A stretch of DNA of 64,000 bases from Raja brachyura (Eukaryota), in assembly GCA_963514005.1 (NCBI GenBank), contig OY740813.1, positions 22,258,001 through 22,322,000 on the forward strand. The letters are read 5' to 3'. Below, piece by piece: positions 61,546 through 64,000 of the stretch; positions within the stretch are counted from its first letter, which is position 1, and each line of letters starts with the position of its first letter. Made by a program: the position numbers and the translations under genes. A model generated the notes under the pieces. It worked only from the letters and a program-made list of their open reading frames with translations, ran no database searches and was not told the DNA's origin.

Positions 61546-61777
61546 TTCAACTGGAGTGCAGGCCATCCCTCCATTATCAACACCCATGTTACGCACACCT
61601 TTACATATCAATTAGCTCCCACCATAGTATTACATTCAAGTGGTAGTGAGAGGTACAATTAGGACATTTAAAAGACATTTAGACAGGTACATAGATAGGA
61701 AAAGGTTGGAGGGAATTGGGCATAAGACAGGTAAGTGGGACTAGCTCGGCAAAGCAACCTGGTTGGCCTAGATGAGT

Positions 61778-62597
61778 CCGCGCATCTGACTACAGTCTGT
61801 TCGTTTATTCCCATCTTTTTTTTATTTTAGTTTGTCTAAACAGTTTGTTTTGGGGGATTCTTTAGTTTTTCTGTGGGGGAGTGGACTGTTTCCCAGTCGC
61901 TTCCTGGCGGGGTGCGACTATTTCTCCGTGTCGCGTCCTCGCCCCCCCCCCCTCGCGGCCTACCAGCTGGAACGGAGCGGCCTTTCCTACCGGAGACCAG
62001 GGACTGGACCAGAGCTTCGGCAGTGACGGCGCGGTGCTGGATTCACCGCGGAGCGGGCGATACCTCCCTGGATCGCCGTTTGAAGCTCCAGAGCATTGGG
62101 CCTGCAGCATCGACATCACGGGGCTGTGGTACGCGGTGCTCCCAGCGCAGGCGGCGCTGACCGGCATCGCGGAGTCCCTGGGACCCTTTGCCGAGGGCCG
62201 CCAGCGTGAGACTCTGCCCGGTGCGGCCTGGGGACTTCGGGAGCCGCGGACTCTGGTGGGAAGTGGCCGATTTGGAGGTCCAAGCCACTGAGGTTGGCCC
62301 CCCTTCCGACGTCTGAGTTCCAACATCCCGGCGAGCGGGCCTGGGCGACGGGCTGCCCGTAGCGGCAACTGCGGAGGGCTCCGGAGGCCCCGACCACGGG
62401 TGAACATCAAAGGAAGAGACTGACTTTGGTGCCTTCCCTCACAGTGGGAAACGTTTGATTCTGCTGTGTGGGGATGTTTTATGTTGAACTCTATCATGTG
62501 TTGTGTTCTTTATTTTATTGTATGGCTGTATGGTGACCACATTTCACTGTGCCAACTGGCACATGTGACAAATAAATGTATCTTGTATCTTGTATCT
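61778..62597 (+). mobile_element. GC-rich non-autonomous retroelement with Rex1-type 3' end, inserted in a CR1 tail
   Basis: gactacagtctgttcg 5' motif, CpG-rich interior, hairpin 62435-62474, ttcactgtgccaactggcacatgtgacaaataaa + (tgtatct)n tail; the flanks rejoin as CR1 gatgagt|agggctgaa. Confidence 0.75.
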
Positions 62598-62894
62598 AGG
62601 GCTGAATGCACTGATTCTATGCTTTATAACTCCATGCCCTGTGGACATCCTTTATACAGGACAGTGGAGAAACATCAAAATGCAAAAAGAAGCTTGAAAA
62701 ACTGTGAACCGCAAAAGTAAAAGTTATAAAACAAAACTGATAAGCCTAGCTTGATGGATTATTAAAGTCTCTAGTTTGTAGCCTTTATGATTTCTCAGAC
62801 AGAATCACGATCCCTGCATTAATCGCTTTTCCCAACAATCTGCAGTGATGACCAACTAACTCAGTGCCTTAAGGAAGCTATAAGTCCCAATGCA

Positions 62895-62966
62895 GCCAAG
62901 CTGGGAGTCGAACCCTGCAACTTCCAGCTTGAGAAGAAAGGGCACTAAATAATGGGCCACTGAGTT
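62895..62966 (-). mobile_element. tRNA-derived SINE head remnant
   Basis: Minus strand has box B ggttcgactcc and a degenerate box A; no full cloverleaf. Confidence 0.35.
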
Positions 62967-64000
62967 TCGCCTAGGTTTAATGGTAAATTGTGGTCTCCAT
63001 CTCTATCCCCAGAGCCTATCTGCTGAATAAAAATTTACAACGATATGGAGGTATTTACTTTATTTGATTTTGAAGTCAAACTTGGACTTTGCCAATAAAC
63101 CCGCAAAATGTATTATGAAAGAAATGACACGTTATTCATGGGTGCGTATTTATGTTGGCAGGATGTGCCATCCGCTGCTCTGATATGTAAACGCCCCTGT
63201 GTCTAATCCCAGGGGCAGGCCTACAGTATGGAGAACATGGGTCGCTGAAAGGGTTAAGTTATATCTATTGAAACAGAACAGTTGTTACTGTATAATTACT
63301 TTGGCTGCCAAATTGTGGAGCTCATTGAGTGCACAATAAAGCCTATGGGGAGAATTTTTGTGAGCAATGTGTACTTTCATGTCTGTAAATGTCAAATTGT
63401 TTTTAGTGCAGTAAACCCGAAATGCTGTTAGCATTGCAGACGCTTCCTCAAAGCCGGACAATACTTCAAACAGATGGCGAGCGGGTTGCAAAATGAGGAT
63501 CCTCTGTGCAGCACAATAACTAGTTACACTTCTCACATCTAGGTGCCACATGCAGCAATGATGCCGGCAATGTCACCTTTCAAACAAAACACTGAACAAC
63601 CCAGGCTGCGCCGGAGTGTATGCCACTCTCATTTATCCGCTGTAATTTTGAAGTCAGTGTTCTACATCAAAAAGGACCTTTTCTTCAGTCGGACCTTTAA
63701 ATAACACCCTAAATCTATTCTACCCTTTCTTGTAACATTAAATAAAATCTGAAAAGGCGTCAGAACATCGATCACAAAGTGATCGGAGAAAAATTGAGTT
63801 CTTTCCCTTTCTGGTCCAACTTTGTTTTAGATCAAAGTCGACTGTTATCTCCTCCTGAATTGACACACTTTACCACCTCTGTCATGTCTCTTTGATCTAT
63901 TAATTAAGAGTACTCCAATAGCAGGTGGGCACTGACAGAGTCCAAAGCAAATTGAACACATCTTTTTTTCCTGGCAACCAAACACAATTTAGCTCGCAAT

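Noticed and set aside
61832-62497. Long overlapping GC-rich ORFs (up to 211 aa), also at 38916-39282 and 30636-30944
   Set aside because: They lie inside the GC-rich repeat family; open frames on both strands reflect stop-codon scarcity; no recognisable domain.

Overview
This is vertebrate genomic DNA that is non-coding and rich in repeats. The repeat set points to a cartilaginous fish, most likely a skate or ray (inference): V-SINE/HE1-type SINEs, CR1/HER1-type LINEs, Deu-domain SINEs, Rex1/Babar, Penelope-like elements (PLE), fish-type L1 and Tc1. I could not support any host protein-coding exon. Every recognisable protein fragment is from a decayed transposon: CR1 RT, L1 ORF2 C-terminus, Tc1 DDE, Rex1 and PLE GIY-YIG. 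The most interesting signal is a family of about 30 short, often palindromic insertions carrying a minimal hammerhead-ribozyme core (CTGA[A/T]GA-A-stem II-GAAACGT[C/T]), many with 12-17 bp target-site duplications (TSDs). One copy is joined directly to a Penelope GIY-YIG coding fragment, which identifies them as non-autonomous pLTR derivatives. Other notable items: a Harbinger-like MITE family with TWA TSDs; a GC-rich Rex1-tailed non-autonomous family with covarying hairpins; a Helitron-like 3' end; multi-level nested insertions; three local inverted duplications; and an old duplicated non-coding block with an invariant E-box + GGATTAG core. There is a 195-nt N gap at 32216-32410. Family names come from my recognition of the sequence, not from a database search. 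Boundaries of degraded copies are approximate.
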